In this document: positions 1 to 9,500 of the stretch, one piece after another | Layout of the letters: each line of letters opens with the position of its first letter | Numbering within the stretch: the first letter of the stretch is position 1 | Virus record (IMG/VR): IMGVR_UViG_3300009431_000004 | Strand: one strand, 5' to 3' | Length of the DNA stretch: 64,000 nt | From: a virus | Notes under the pieces: model-generated | What the model was told of the DNA's origin: nothing | Databases searched by the model: none | What the model saw: the letters and a program-made list of their open reading frames with translations, nothing else | Translations under genes and position numbers: made by a program

Positions 1-3000
1 ATGACGTTCGAGGGGACGATGTAGGTGTGGTCGCCCGTCCCCTGTGTCAGGTCTTGCGCTCCGTCTTGCAAGATGAAGAGAGTCTGCTGCGTGGCGTCGT
101 CCCTCAACAGGTTCGGTGCCGGGTCGTCCTCCACCTCGTAGCGGTTGGTCTTCCACGTCCGTCCGCCCTTGGTTTCCCAGTCGCGGAGGTCATACACGCC
201 GTAGAGCCGGGCGATGCCGAGGTACGGAGGAAGCTGAATACCCTTCAGCCCCTTGCCCAAGTCGGCGGAGTTGACGGCTTCGAGGTCCGCGATGACGTTG
301 GGGGCCAGCGCGATGTTCTCGTCGATGTCCGTCGTCTTGCGGGCCTTGTACTGGGGATGGTTGTTCACGGTGCCGACCACCGTGGCGGACTCGCCGTAGT
401 GGGTTGGGTCGTCAGTCGTGAAGAACAGCGGGTTGACCTCGGGGCCGGAGCCGAGGTTCGACCAGCCGCCGATGATGTTGAACACGCCCCTCGTGAGGGT
501 GGCGGAGTCGATGAACAGGTGGTTGATTCCGGGCAAGAACGGGTCGGTCGCGCCGAGCCTGTTGAAATAGGGGATGTCCTGCCTGCCGAAGCGGGGCATG
601 AACTCCCTCGGGACCACGAAGCCCATCTGCTTCCCGGAGGTGTCGCTGCCGGTGAAGATTTGCAGGCCGTCCTTGGCGGCCATCGCCCCCGTCGGGTAGT
701 TGTAGCCGCCCAACAGGCACTCGGTCCCGCCCATCACGTCGTCGAAGGAGAAGGTGTGGAGAGTCATCTCCATGTCCCTGAAGGGGCGGAAGACGACCGT
801 CTTGCTGCCTCGGTCGATGAACAGCTCATGTTCGCGGGTTGTCTCGGTGAAGCTCGCCAGCCCACCGCCCATGTCCGCGCCATCCGGGGCGTGCCAGCCG
901 TCGGCGGGGAGCCGGTTCCACGTCTGGATGTGGACGGCATCCCAGAATGTCTCGTCCGACGGGATGCCGGAGAAGGCCGAGAAGGTGGTGTCGAGTGCTG
1001 CCCGGTTCTGGCGCAGGTATCCGTTGACCGTCTGGGTGGTGCTGCCGCCCTTCATGGCAAAGCGGACGAACTCGTCAGCGACGCGGGCCGTGCCTCCCCT
1101 GCCCGGATGGTAGAGGAGGGTCATGTTCAGGACCATCTTGTTCTCGATGATGGGAACGCCCGAGCCGTCCAGCGGCATCTCAAGGTCATAGGCTTCGCCG
1201 TGACCGAGGTGCGCCGCCTTCCACGGGTGGTCGGGGTCGAGTCCGGCCAATGCGGAGGTCAACTGGCCACCGAGGTCGGTCATCACGATGCAGAGGTCGG
1301 AAGAACCCCCGACATGGGAGGAAGCCGTGTCGGCGTTGTGTTCCTGCGACCGGAATTCGCATTCGAGGGTTTCGCCGGTCGTGTTGTCGATGGCCGTGAA
1401 GTCCGCGCTCAAGGGGGCGAGGACGAGGGAGGTCGCGTTGCTGGCCCGGTACTCGGTGTACCCGGAGGCGGCTGTGCCTGCCCCCACGACACGGAACGCG
1501 CCGTTGTTGTTCCTGTCCACAGTGTCGCCGTAAAGGACGAGGTAGACTTCGGAGGAGTAACCGGAGCGGTCTTTCCCGTCGGCTGTCAGCATCCCGAACA
1601 GAGTCCGGCTGTCCCGCAGTAGGGGAGCCGAGACGTTGGCGGGGGTGTTCTCGAAGTTCCCGGCGGCGTCCTTGGAGTAGTAGACCCCAGCCGCGTCGAA
1701 GTCGATGCCGGTGTCCAGCTCGACGAAAGCCGGGTTGGCATGGACTGAGAGGTCGGCGGCGGCCACGGAGAGCTTGAGTCCGGGCCGCAGGAGTCCGCCG
1801 AGGACCACGTAGGGGTACTCGAACCACAGGTGCCGCCACGGGTACATGGGTCCGACGTGCCGGGCTGCCTCGGCGGCGGAGAGGCCGGGAGGAGCTGGCT
1901 CGAAGGCCCGCATGGTGGTCGCCGGGGCCAGAGCGCCGTCATCGACGAAGCGCATGGACCACGGGTACTGGTCGCCGTTGTCCGGTGCCAGAGTGGGGTA
2001 TCCCGACTTCCAGTATTCCCGAGGGGTCAGGAACCGGACAGCTCGCTCGGAACCGTCCCTGAAGGTGCCACGAGCGCCCGAGGAGCCATCCTCGCCCCCG
2101 ATGTAGAGGAAGATGCTCGTGCCGTTGGTCCAGACGTTGGAGGATGCCAGTCCGGCCACGTTCATGAAGCCGCTGGGTCGGAAGTCCGGCCCCACGTCCC
2201 ACTGGCAGGTGGCGTCGAAGGTGTTGTTGGTGAAGCCGACCGTGTTCTGGTCCTGCGTCGCGTCGTTGTCGAGCATCAGCGTCAGGTCGCGCTGAATGGC
2301 CGCCCCGTCGGACCAGACCTGCCGGATGCCGTCCGGCCCGTCGAGTGCCTCGGTGTGGTTCGGTACGGCGGTCGAGCCGTCCGCGAACAGGTAGTCCACC
2401 TCGTGGACCACCGGGCCTTGGGTATCGCCCGGTCCCGAGCGTTTCCATGCGGTGTGCAGGTCCCCGCGCAGGATGGCTGCCACGTTGTGCGACAGCAGGC
2501 GGGTGTAGTCCCAGTCGTTGGCGTTCGCACCACGCCGGAGGTCGAGAACGTCCGTCTCGGCAATCTGGTCGGCGTACAGGCCGTCCGGGCGCGGCTGGTA
2601 GAAGAGGATGGGAGTACCGGCGGCATGACCCCCCACGGCAGAAGCGTACCGACCACGACCCCCGGCGGGGATGGTGACGGTGTTGGCGATGAGGTCCACC
2701 GCCCCGATGCCGATGATTTCGTCGTCGAGGACCATGAAGCAGGACGTGAGGACGTGCTTGTCGTCCTCCCAGCCGGAGCCGTTCAGGTTGGTCACGTCGA
2801 TGGTCGCAAGGGCCGCCACGCCGTCGGTGTCGTTCAGGTCCGAGGTCAGCGTCGCGGTCAGGAGCGTCCGGCACCCGGTGAGCGGGTCCGGCAGGTACTT
2901 GGTGCCGGGGGAGCGGTCGAAGGCTCCGTTCTGGTTCGGGTTGCCGCTCTGGGTCACGGCCACGTAGACGTTCGAGTTGCGGCGGAACACGGCGGCAATG

Positions 3001-3836
3001 GGGGTCGCGTAGGTGTAACCGTCGTAGGTGCCGAGAGAGTTGTTCGGGTCGCCGTCACCGGCACGCCACAGCGCCGGGTCGCCCAGCTCCTTGCCCATGT
3101 TCGTGTAGTAGAGGCCAGCCACCGGAAGAGTCGCGGTCCCCTGCCCGAGGACGTTGGGGTCGCCCAGTCCGTCGGGATAGATGTCGAGGGCCACACTCGC
3201 GCCCAGCCCAGCGCCGGACCCGAAGACCCGGATTCTGTATTGGAGCTGAAGGCGCTCGGTCGTCTCGAACCCGATGGTCGGGTCTTCAAGGTCATCCGCC
3301 AGATTCGTCCCGCCGTACTGGACGTTGCCGTACTTCCACAGCTTGTCCACGGCGGGCTTGTTCACGGTCGAAGGGTTCGGTGCGACGTTCGTGAGCCATG
3401 CTTCGAGGAACACGAGGTCGATACGGGCATCCGACTCCGGGGGCGGGTACAGCTTGACGAGGTTGCGGAGGTCGCCCTCGTGGTCCACGTCGGTCCCGAC
3501 GATGGGGAACACCCAGCCGTTGACGTTCGCCCAGACCACCGGGAACTCCCGGTCGCCCTCGTGAACTCCCACGGGGGTCTTGGGGTTGCCGAGGGTGAAG
3601 TAATTGGACCACGCCTGCGCGAACTGGTAGTCCTGCATGGGGCGCGTTGGGTCGAGGAAGAACCCGGACGGCATCATGGACTGGACCGCCTGCCGCTGGT
3701 TCTCCCAGTCCACCTGCCCTGCGAGGTTCAGCTCGGCGTCGAGAGGAGGCTTTCCCTTCTGGAACACCATCCCTGCGAACTGCCGATGAACGGCATCGAG
3801 GGTACGGGAGACGCCGTTTCCAAGGTCTTTGCTCAT
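1..3836 (-). CDS. Large baseplate/fibre-attachment structural protein (>1278 aa, runs off window start); paralog of 15828..19439
   Basis: Not in the ORF track because there is no stop in the window. Ends translated by hand: MSKDLGNGVSRTLDAVHRQFAGMVFQKGKPPLDAELN...GDHTYIVPSNV, both in the same frame. RBS GGAGG 5 nt before ATG 3836. N-terminus resembles DUF6519/DUF4815-type phage/CIS wedge-fibre proteins. Confidence 0.8.
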   Translation of the reverse strand, partial: MSKDLGNGVSRTLDAVHRQFAGMVFQKGKPPLDAELNLAGQVDWENQRQAVQSMMPSGFFLDPTRPMQDYQFAQAWSNYFTLGNPKTPVGVHEGDREFPVVWANVNGWVFPIVGTDVDHEGDLRNLVKLYPPPESDARIDLVFLEAWLTNVAPNPSTVNKPAVDKLWKYGNVQYGGTNLADDLEDPTIGFETTERLQLQYRIRVFGSGAGLGASVALDIYPDGLGDPNVLGQGTATLPVAGLYYTNMGKELGDPALWRAGDGDPNNSLGTYDGYTYATPIAAVFRRNSNVYVAVTQSGNPNQNGAFDRSPGTKYLPDPLTGCRTLLTATLTSDLNDTDGVAALATIDVTNLNGSGWEDDKHVLTSCFMVLDDEIIGIGAVDLIANTVTIPAGGRGRYASAVGGHAAGTPILFYQPRPDGLYADQIAETDVLDLRRGANANDWDYTRLLSHNVAAILRGDLHTAWKRSGPGDTQGPVVHEVDYLFADGSTAVPNHTEALDGPDGIRQVWSDGAAIQRDLTLMLDNDATQDQNTVGFTNNTFDATCQWDVGPDFRPSGFMNVAGLASSNVWTNGTSIFLYIGGEDGSSGARGTFRDGSERAVRFLTPREYWKSGYPTLAPDNGDQYPWSMRFVDDGALAPATTMRAFEPAPPGLSAAEAARHVGPMYPWRHLWFEYPYVVLGGLLRPGLKLSVAAADLSVHANPAFVELDTGIDFDAAGVYYSKDAAGNFENTPANVSAPLLRDSRTLFGMLTADGKDRSGYSSEVYLVLYGDTVDRNNNGAFRVVGAGTAASGYTEYRASNATSLVLAPLSADFTAIDNTTGETLECEFRSQEHNADTASSHVGGSSDLCIVMTDLGGQLTSALAGLDPDHPWKAAHLGHGEAYDLEMPLDGSGVPIIENKMVLNMTLLYHPGRGGTARVADEFVRFAMKGGSTTQTVNGYLRQNRAALDTTFSAFSGIPSDETFWDAVHIQTWNRLPADGWHAPDGADMGGGLASFTETTREHELFIDRGSKTVVFRPFRDMEMTLHTFSFDDVMGGTECLLGGYNYPTGAMAAKDGLQIFTGSDTSGKQMGFVVPREFMPRFGRQDIPYFNRLGATDPFLPGINHLFIDSATLTRGVFNIIGGWSNLGSGPEVNPLFFTTDDPTHYGESATVVGTVNNHPQYKARKTTDIDENIALAPNVIADLEAVNSADLGKGLKGIQLPPYLGIARLYGVYDLRDWETKGGRTWKTNRYEVEDDPAPNLLRDDATQQTLFILQDGAQDLTQGTGDHTYIVPSNV

Positions 3837-3837
3837 G

Positions 3838-4578
3838 TCAGCCTCCACCTGCCAAACACTGTACCCCTTCAGGGTTGGCGCGGGCTAGGGGTCCTGTACC
3901 AAGAATAAAGGGAAGACCCGTAGGCCACCTCACTGGCAGCTTGCCGTTCTTTTTCTGGTTCTCCTGTCGGGGAATCCACCTCAGATTCGCAGGGGACCAG
4001 CAAATCGCAATTTGGTCTGAATCCTCATGGTCGAAGTATCCCGCAGGTACGATGTGGTCCAGCCAATGCTCTGAAGAAGGACGAGGACCTAATTCGTTAA
4101 AGATTGCTTCGTAATCTACCCCGTATTCTTTGGCGGGGCGGCGTTTCCCCGATTTCGACAGGATTTTCATCCTGTTATGGAATGCGACACGCAATAGGGT
4201 TCGGGTCCGCTTTTCGGGGTTCCCTTTTATTTTTTCCCAAGCTCTGCGTTGCGAAGCGGCTACTGTTTCAGGATGCTTGTCCCTCCAAGCCTTTTTCGTG
4301 GCGCGGTATTTCTCCGATTTGAGGTATCGGGCAGTACCCTCTTTTCGCAACTCTCTGCCCCTTGCTGTGGCAGCGTACTTCTTATTGTAGGCGGTGCATT
4401 GCAACTTATATTTGTCCGTTTGCCTGTACCTTCTGTCCGTAAGTGCTTTGCATTCCAAGCATTCCGTGGGAGTTCCGGCTTTGGCTCCTGTGAGTACAAG
4501 TCTGCGCCAACTTTTCCCGCTGCCGGGGGCTGACTCATGCCCTCTTTTACAGAGGGTTCCTAGAATACGGGCAGTCAT
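3838..4578 (-). CDS. Free-standing HNH homing-endonuclease-like protein (246 aa)
   Basis: ATG 4578 overlaps upstream stop (TGATG). CKRGH...CLEC Zn motif, Lys/Arg-rich linker, and WLDHIVP...ANLRWIPRQENQKK HNH core. Visibly AT-richer than neighbours. Confidence 0.8.
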   Translation of the reverse strand: MTARILGTLCKRGHESAPGSGKSWRRLVLTGAKAGTPTECLECKALTDRRYRQTDKYKLQCTAYNKKYAATARGRELRKEGTARYLKSEKYRATKKAWRDKHPETVAASQRRAWEKIKGNPEKRTRTLLRVAFHNRMKILSKSGKRRPAKEYGVDYEAIFNELGPRPSSEHWLDHIVPAGYFDHEDSDQIAICWSPANLRWIPRQENQKKNGKLPVRWPTGLPFILGTGPLARANPEGVQCLAGGG

Positions 4579-5408
4579 CAAAAAAGTACCGCGAAGGCCG
4601 CGATGTAAATCTTGTCGCTGGTCGTGTTCTTGAACGCCAGCCTGAAGGCCGTGGTGCCGGAGGTGAAGGCGATGCCTTCCAGAAGCCCCACTTCGCACCA
4701 GTGGCCACCGTCATCGGGAGAAATCCAGACGGTGAACCCGTCCGGCTCTTGGTCCGTCTCGTACAGGTTGCGGTATGCCGGGGTGTTCTCCCCCGCGTGC
4801 GCCCCGTAATTGGCCTGTCGGTCATCCGTCACATCGAAAGCGTAGAGCTTCCAATAGACCATGAACTCGTCGGCCCCAGCCGCACCCGTGTAGGCGGAGA
4901 TGTCGATGTTGTCGGTGATGAGCATCCCCGGATTGGGAGGTTGCGTGGACGGCACCGCCTCGTTGGCCGGAAGGAGGGCCGTCAGCATCGGGAAGGTGCC
5001 GTGGTCCTCCGGGTACGAGGCCGGGCGGCCTACCTGACATCTGCATGGGTACAGAACCGGCGCGTTGGGCGGGGACGGTCCCCAAGGAGCCGGGGCGTCG
5101 TAGTCCGCGAACTCTGCGTCCACGTCCAGCTCATCGACGTGCGCCTCGGTCAGCAGCGGGTTGAAGTAGATGTACTCGAACATCGGGTACATGGCGACGA
5201 GCTGGGCATACGCCTTGCTCGAAATATCGCCGCCATCGATGGGCAGCACGTAGTCGGTGTCCTCGACCTCGAAGTCCACGCCGTGAACGATGGGGAGGGC
5301 GTACTTCCCATTGATGGGAATCGGGGTGTCTTCGGACGGGACTTTCTCGACCTGTGTGACGCTGGGAGCGCCTGCCGCGTGCGTTCTCCAATCAACAAGG
5401 ACTCGCAT
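4578..5408 (-). CDS. Hypothetical virion structural protein (276 aa, acidic)
   Basis: GGGAGG RBS, high GC3 codon usage, preceded by the conserved promoter motif. C-terminal VWISPDDGGHW...FRLAF resembles beta-sandwich baseplate modules. Confidence 0.7.
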   Translation of the reverse strand: MRVLVDWRTHAAGAPSVTQVEKVPSEDTPIPINGKYALPIVHGVDFEVEDTDYVLPIDGGDISSKAYAQLVAMYPMFEYIYFNPLLTEAHVDELDVDAEFADYDAPAPWGPSPPNAPVLYPCRCQVGRPASYPEDHGTFPMLTALLPANEAVPSTQPPNPGMLITDNIDISAYTGAAGADEFMVYWKLYAFDVTDDRQANYGAHAGENTPAYRNLYETDQEPDGFTVWISPDDGGHWCEVGLLEGIAFTSGTTAFRLAFKNTTSDKIYIAAFAVLF

Positions 5409-5457
5409 CCTGAGCCTCCCGTCGTGCGTTTCGATAGCCTCTTTTTAGAACAGGCTT

Positions 5458-5488
5458 TCACCTTTGTCCTAAAATAGAGGAAAAACCG
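5458..5488 (-). promoter_or_regulatory. Putative late promoter motif, site A
   Basis: Minus strand CGGTT-TTTCCT-CTAT-TTTAGGACAAAGG-TGA. Confidence 0.6.
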
Positions 5489-5514
5489 ACCTAACTGACC
5501 GCCCCTTGATTCGT

Positions 5515-5560
5515 CAGTGGTTTTGCCTTCCAAACTTCTTGGAAGAACCAGCAACCACTG
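5515..5560. repeat. Nested inverted repeat/hairpin in the divergent intergenic region
   Basis: CAGTGGTT(5515-5522)...AACCACTG(5553-5560) enclosing CTTCCAA(5527-5533)-ACTTC-TTGGAAG(5539-5545). Confidence 0.6.
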
Positions 5561-5692
5561 GTTTTCAAAGAACGTATTAGACATCATACCGCTGCCCTAG
5601 ACGACCTTGCGAATATTTCCCTATTCAGGGGGCTTAGAGCCGAAACTGGCGAGTTGAGTACATGAGAGGAGAATTTCCAAGGAGGCCAAACG

Positions 5693-6571
5693 ATGAAGAC
5701 CTTGAAGCTGATGCTCATTTTGGCCATCACGGCCATGGCGCTGGGATGCGGAGCCGACGGCCCGAATCCCGAGCTGATTACGTGGAATCCTGACCAGTTC
5801 TCGACGCTGGACTACGTGGACTCGCAGGTACGGTGCTGCGTCCACCCCGAGGGGGATGAGCAGCTCTACTGCCTCTACCCGTCAGACACCCCGGCAAGCG
5901 GGTTCACGGAGCTGCGTACAATCCATTTCGACGCCGAGGGCAACGGGTATTCGGGTGCGAATGACTTGAAGGAGGTCTGTCCCGAAATCTGCAACCCCGG
6001 AAGTGCCGGTGGGGCCAAGTGCGAGAAGTTCCCCATCATCGGCCCGGACGGCACCATCGTACCGCCGAGGCTGGAAGTGGTGGAATGCCCCGGAGTCGCG
6101 GCAGGGAAGACCCTCATCGGTGAACCGTGGCCGGAAGACAGGCTGTGCTATTGGGATACGGAACTCGAATTTACATGCGCCTTCGATTCCCCGCTGAATG
6201 TGGCTGACCCTGACCTGTGCCTCCCCTTGATGTGCGCGGGCGACCCGGACAGCCCGAATCTCAAGTGCCAGATGGCGGGGTGTGTCCCGCCCGAAACGAC
6301 TTATGAGGACTGCGACAAAACACTATTCGCCGTGTACTACGCTGGCCCCTTTGAAGGTGGCGTGATTCTCACGGCACCCCAATATGGTTACTGCGAAGGG
6401 AAGGTCTACAGTGACTTCTTCATCCCGGCGGAAGGAAGTGAACCCGGATGCCCCGTTCTTGGGACATGCAATGCCCTCGGTACGGTGTGTCAGGGGACCG
6501 GAACCGAACGGCCCGACCTGACTTTCGCAGACCGGACGGACCAAGAACAGGCCGCGCCCCTTGCCAATTAG
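5693..6571 (+). CDS. Cys-rich lipoprotein (292 aa), moron-like
   Basis: AAGGAGG RBS at 5679-5685. Signal peptide MKTLKLMLILAITAMALG-C with lipobox; 18 further Cys. Only plus-strand gene; its stop overlaps the stop of the convergent tailspike gene. Confidence 0.85.
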   Translation: MKTLKLMLILAITAMALGCGADGPNPELITWNPDQFSTLDYVDSQVRCCVHPEGDEQLYCLYPSDTPASGFTELRTIHFDAEGNGYSGANDLKEVCPEICNPGSAGGAKCEKFPIIGPDGTIVPPRLEVVECPGVAAGKTLIGEPWPEDRLCYWDTELEFTCAFDSPLNVADPDLCLPLMCAGDPDSPNLKCQMAGCVPPETTYEDCDKTLFAVYYAGPFEGGVILTAPQYGYCEGKVYSDFFIPAEGSEPGCPVLGTCNALGTVCQGTGTERPDLTFADRTDQEQAAPLAN

Positions 6572-9500
6572 TTGTCATTGCCCGGATATGCCGCCCCACC
6601 ACCTGCCGGTACAAGGCCGCCCCAGATATTGGCACACCTGTTACCAATAACAGGAGTGACAAGCGGCCCCAGCTCCGGGTCGGCTGGCGTGCCAGCGCCC
6701 GTATTGGTGATGTTGGCACACCTGTTGCCCATCACCGTGCAGCCTGTAGCTCCGGGGAGGTCAATGTCATCGTCCGCCGCGTTCCCATTGACCGTCGTGT
6801 TGGGGCCAACCGTGATTTTTCCGCCAGTTCCGCCGCTCGCCCGCACTTTGTTGTCTCCGACCGTACAGCCGGTGCCAGTGGTGAGGTCCCCCTCCAAGAT
6901 GTTGTTCCCGACAACCGTGTTGAAGTTCCCGAGAGTCATGTTGCCCGTGGTCAGGGTGTTGCCAGAGACAGTCCCCGCGTCGCCTTCGGTGATGTTGCCG
7001 CCTGTGACCTCATTCCCCGTAATCGTATTGAAGTCACCAGCCGTGATGGCCCCGGCCTTGACCTTGTTCCCCGTAACGGTGGTGTAGTTGTTCGTGGTGA
7101 TATTTCCCACAGTCACTTCGTTATCGGACACCTTGCAGTTGGCACCATTCGCCGTAATGTCCTTGCCGACCCGGTTGCCGGTGACTGAGGTGTCAGCGGC
7201 CACTATCACTTCCTCGGTCACGTTGTTGCCCACGACCGTACAAGTGTCCCCGGCAAGCTGGATGCCGTTTTCGGCCCCTATGCCCCACTCCCCGCGAATC
7301 CGGTTCCCAGTGACGGCCAGTAGGTCTGCCGTGGCGTAGCCCTGCAAACCTTCGACCACGTTGTTGTCCGCGATGACGGAGTTGATCCCGTTGCGACCTT
7401 GCGCCAAAGTCACATCCCCGATGGTCATCTTGCCGCCAACATAGTTCCCTGACACCACGCAGGCTTCCGTCGCAATGGTGTTACTCGTGCAAATCGAGAA
7501 ATCGCTGGTGCTGTGGTTATCCGAAGCCGTGCAACCCCCGCCGAGGATGTTGATATTCTCCGCTCGGTTCCCGTTGACGGTGGTAAAGCTGTCGTTGACG
7601 GTGATGTCGCCGCCCCCGACCGGCAGGGAGTTCCCCAGCACCTTGTTGTAGTGGAGGGTGCTGACGTTGACGGTCAGATTGCCGCTGACGGTGTTGTTGG
7701 CGAGGATGTTCTGCCCGCCAGTCACGGCTACGTTCCCACCGACGGCATTGTCCACAACACGGCAATCGTCGATTTCGGTCCCGCCCACCCCGATGGTGAG
7801 GTCCGTGGTGATGAAATTCCCTTCAACCGTGCATTCACTCCCCCTGATGGCCATGGTGGTCAGGCACGAGTTCCCACTGACAAGGACCCCCGTCTCGTTG
7901 ACCTGAAGCACCCCAAGGTCGTTGTCCCGGCATTCAGTACCCGCAGAACCCGAGACACCAGTGGCAATCATCAAGCCCGTAGGAGCGTTGTTTCGGTGGA
8001 CCCGTGCGTCGAGTGATTCCACCATCATGGTATTGCCCGAGTTGGCGATGATTTGGTCCGTGTCCCCAGTCACGACCATGATTTCCCGGTCGCCTACCCC
8101 TCCTCCACTTATTGTGATGGTGTTTCCTTCGGCTCGGCATCTCGTGGTGTTGATGAAGTTCAGGCCGCGCTTTTCGGGGTAGATGGCAGCGACCCCTGTG
8201 TGGACCAAGAGAAGGTTATTGTCCAGAACCGAACAGTCCTCACAATCAATGAGGTTCACCCCGAGGTCTTGTGTGGACTGGATGGCGTTCCCAGAGAAGA
8301 CATTGTGCTGGGCTTCCACCCGGATTCCGTTCCTGAATCGGAGGATGGAGTTGTCTGATACCACATTGTCCGGGTTAAAAGTCGGCTGCGTTGCGGCCAT
8401 GCCCCAAACAATGCCGCCGGTTTCCGGGTGGCCCGCCTGCATCCCGCCGGGGGTCGAGTCCTGTACAAACCTGTTACCGGAGATGACACACCGGACAAAC
8501 ATACTGTACGGGTTCTGTGGGAAGCCATACAACCCGAAGTCCAGCAAAGCCTCCCCGTGGTTGTTCGTGATGCGGGAGTCCACGAGGCTGCCTGTGGTGA
8601 CATAGACCGCAGAGTCCACGGAGAAGAATCCTTGAGCTGGACCCGTGACCCTGTTGTCGTCCAGAATGACCCGGTTACAGGTAGGCCCGGTGTTGGTGAA
8701 CACTGGCCTGACTGGCGTTGCCTTGTCCCTGTCCGGGCCGGGGTCTGCGACAGTACACTCGAAATTAACCCCTCGGAAAACGATGTCGTCATGCCCATTG
8801 AGGTCGATGAGTGCGCTATCCGGTTCACCCCACCGAACCTTGCACGCAGTCGTCCAATTTACCCGAGGATTGCTCGTCACCATGATGCCGTCAGACTGAA
8901 TCTGGATGGGGACACGGGTATCGTCCTCGTCCGTGTACCCGACGACTTTTATGTGGACGTGACGACCGGGGTTGCCCGATTCGGGGGTCTGAATCTCACT
9001 CGCGTAGGCAATAGCGTCTGCGAGGTTGTCGAAATGTGGTGTGTGAGGTTCCAGCCCTTCGACCATGCCCACGTAGATGTCCACCCGCTGGTCGATGTCT
9101 TCGAGCGGGTAGCGCATGTCGATGACGGTCCCGAAGGCCGTCCCGACTCCCGTAATGTCCACCCGGTACATGAGGATGGTGCCGGGGGTCACGACAGGAA
9201 TGACGGGAGAGATGGCCCATTCGTGGCAGTCCCCCGGCAGGTCGTTCTCTTCCAGATAGAGGTAGTAGGTGTCATCCACCGCCGGGAGGGACACGACGCC
9301 CGCCGGGAGCGTGATGCGTTTCCCCTCGAAGATGATGGTGTACTCGGAGTAGGGGATGTCCACGGTCGCGCCGAAGACAGCCGAGCCGAGGTCCAGCTCG
9401 CCGCCTTCGAGGAGCCACGAGGAGAACAGGTCGTCGAGCAGCTCCGTCTGGGAGTTGCCCAGCGTGTTCCGGGGCGTGACCAAGACGGACCCGTCGAGCT

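Noticed and set aside
5610-5640. Plus-strand copy of the promoter motif ahead of the lipoprotein (GAATA-TTTCC-CTAT)
   Set aside because: Spacer is 5 nt rather than 6 and the downstream triplet does not match.
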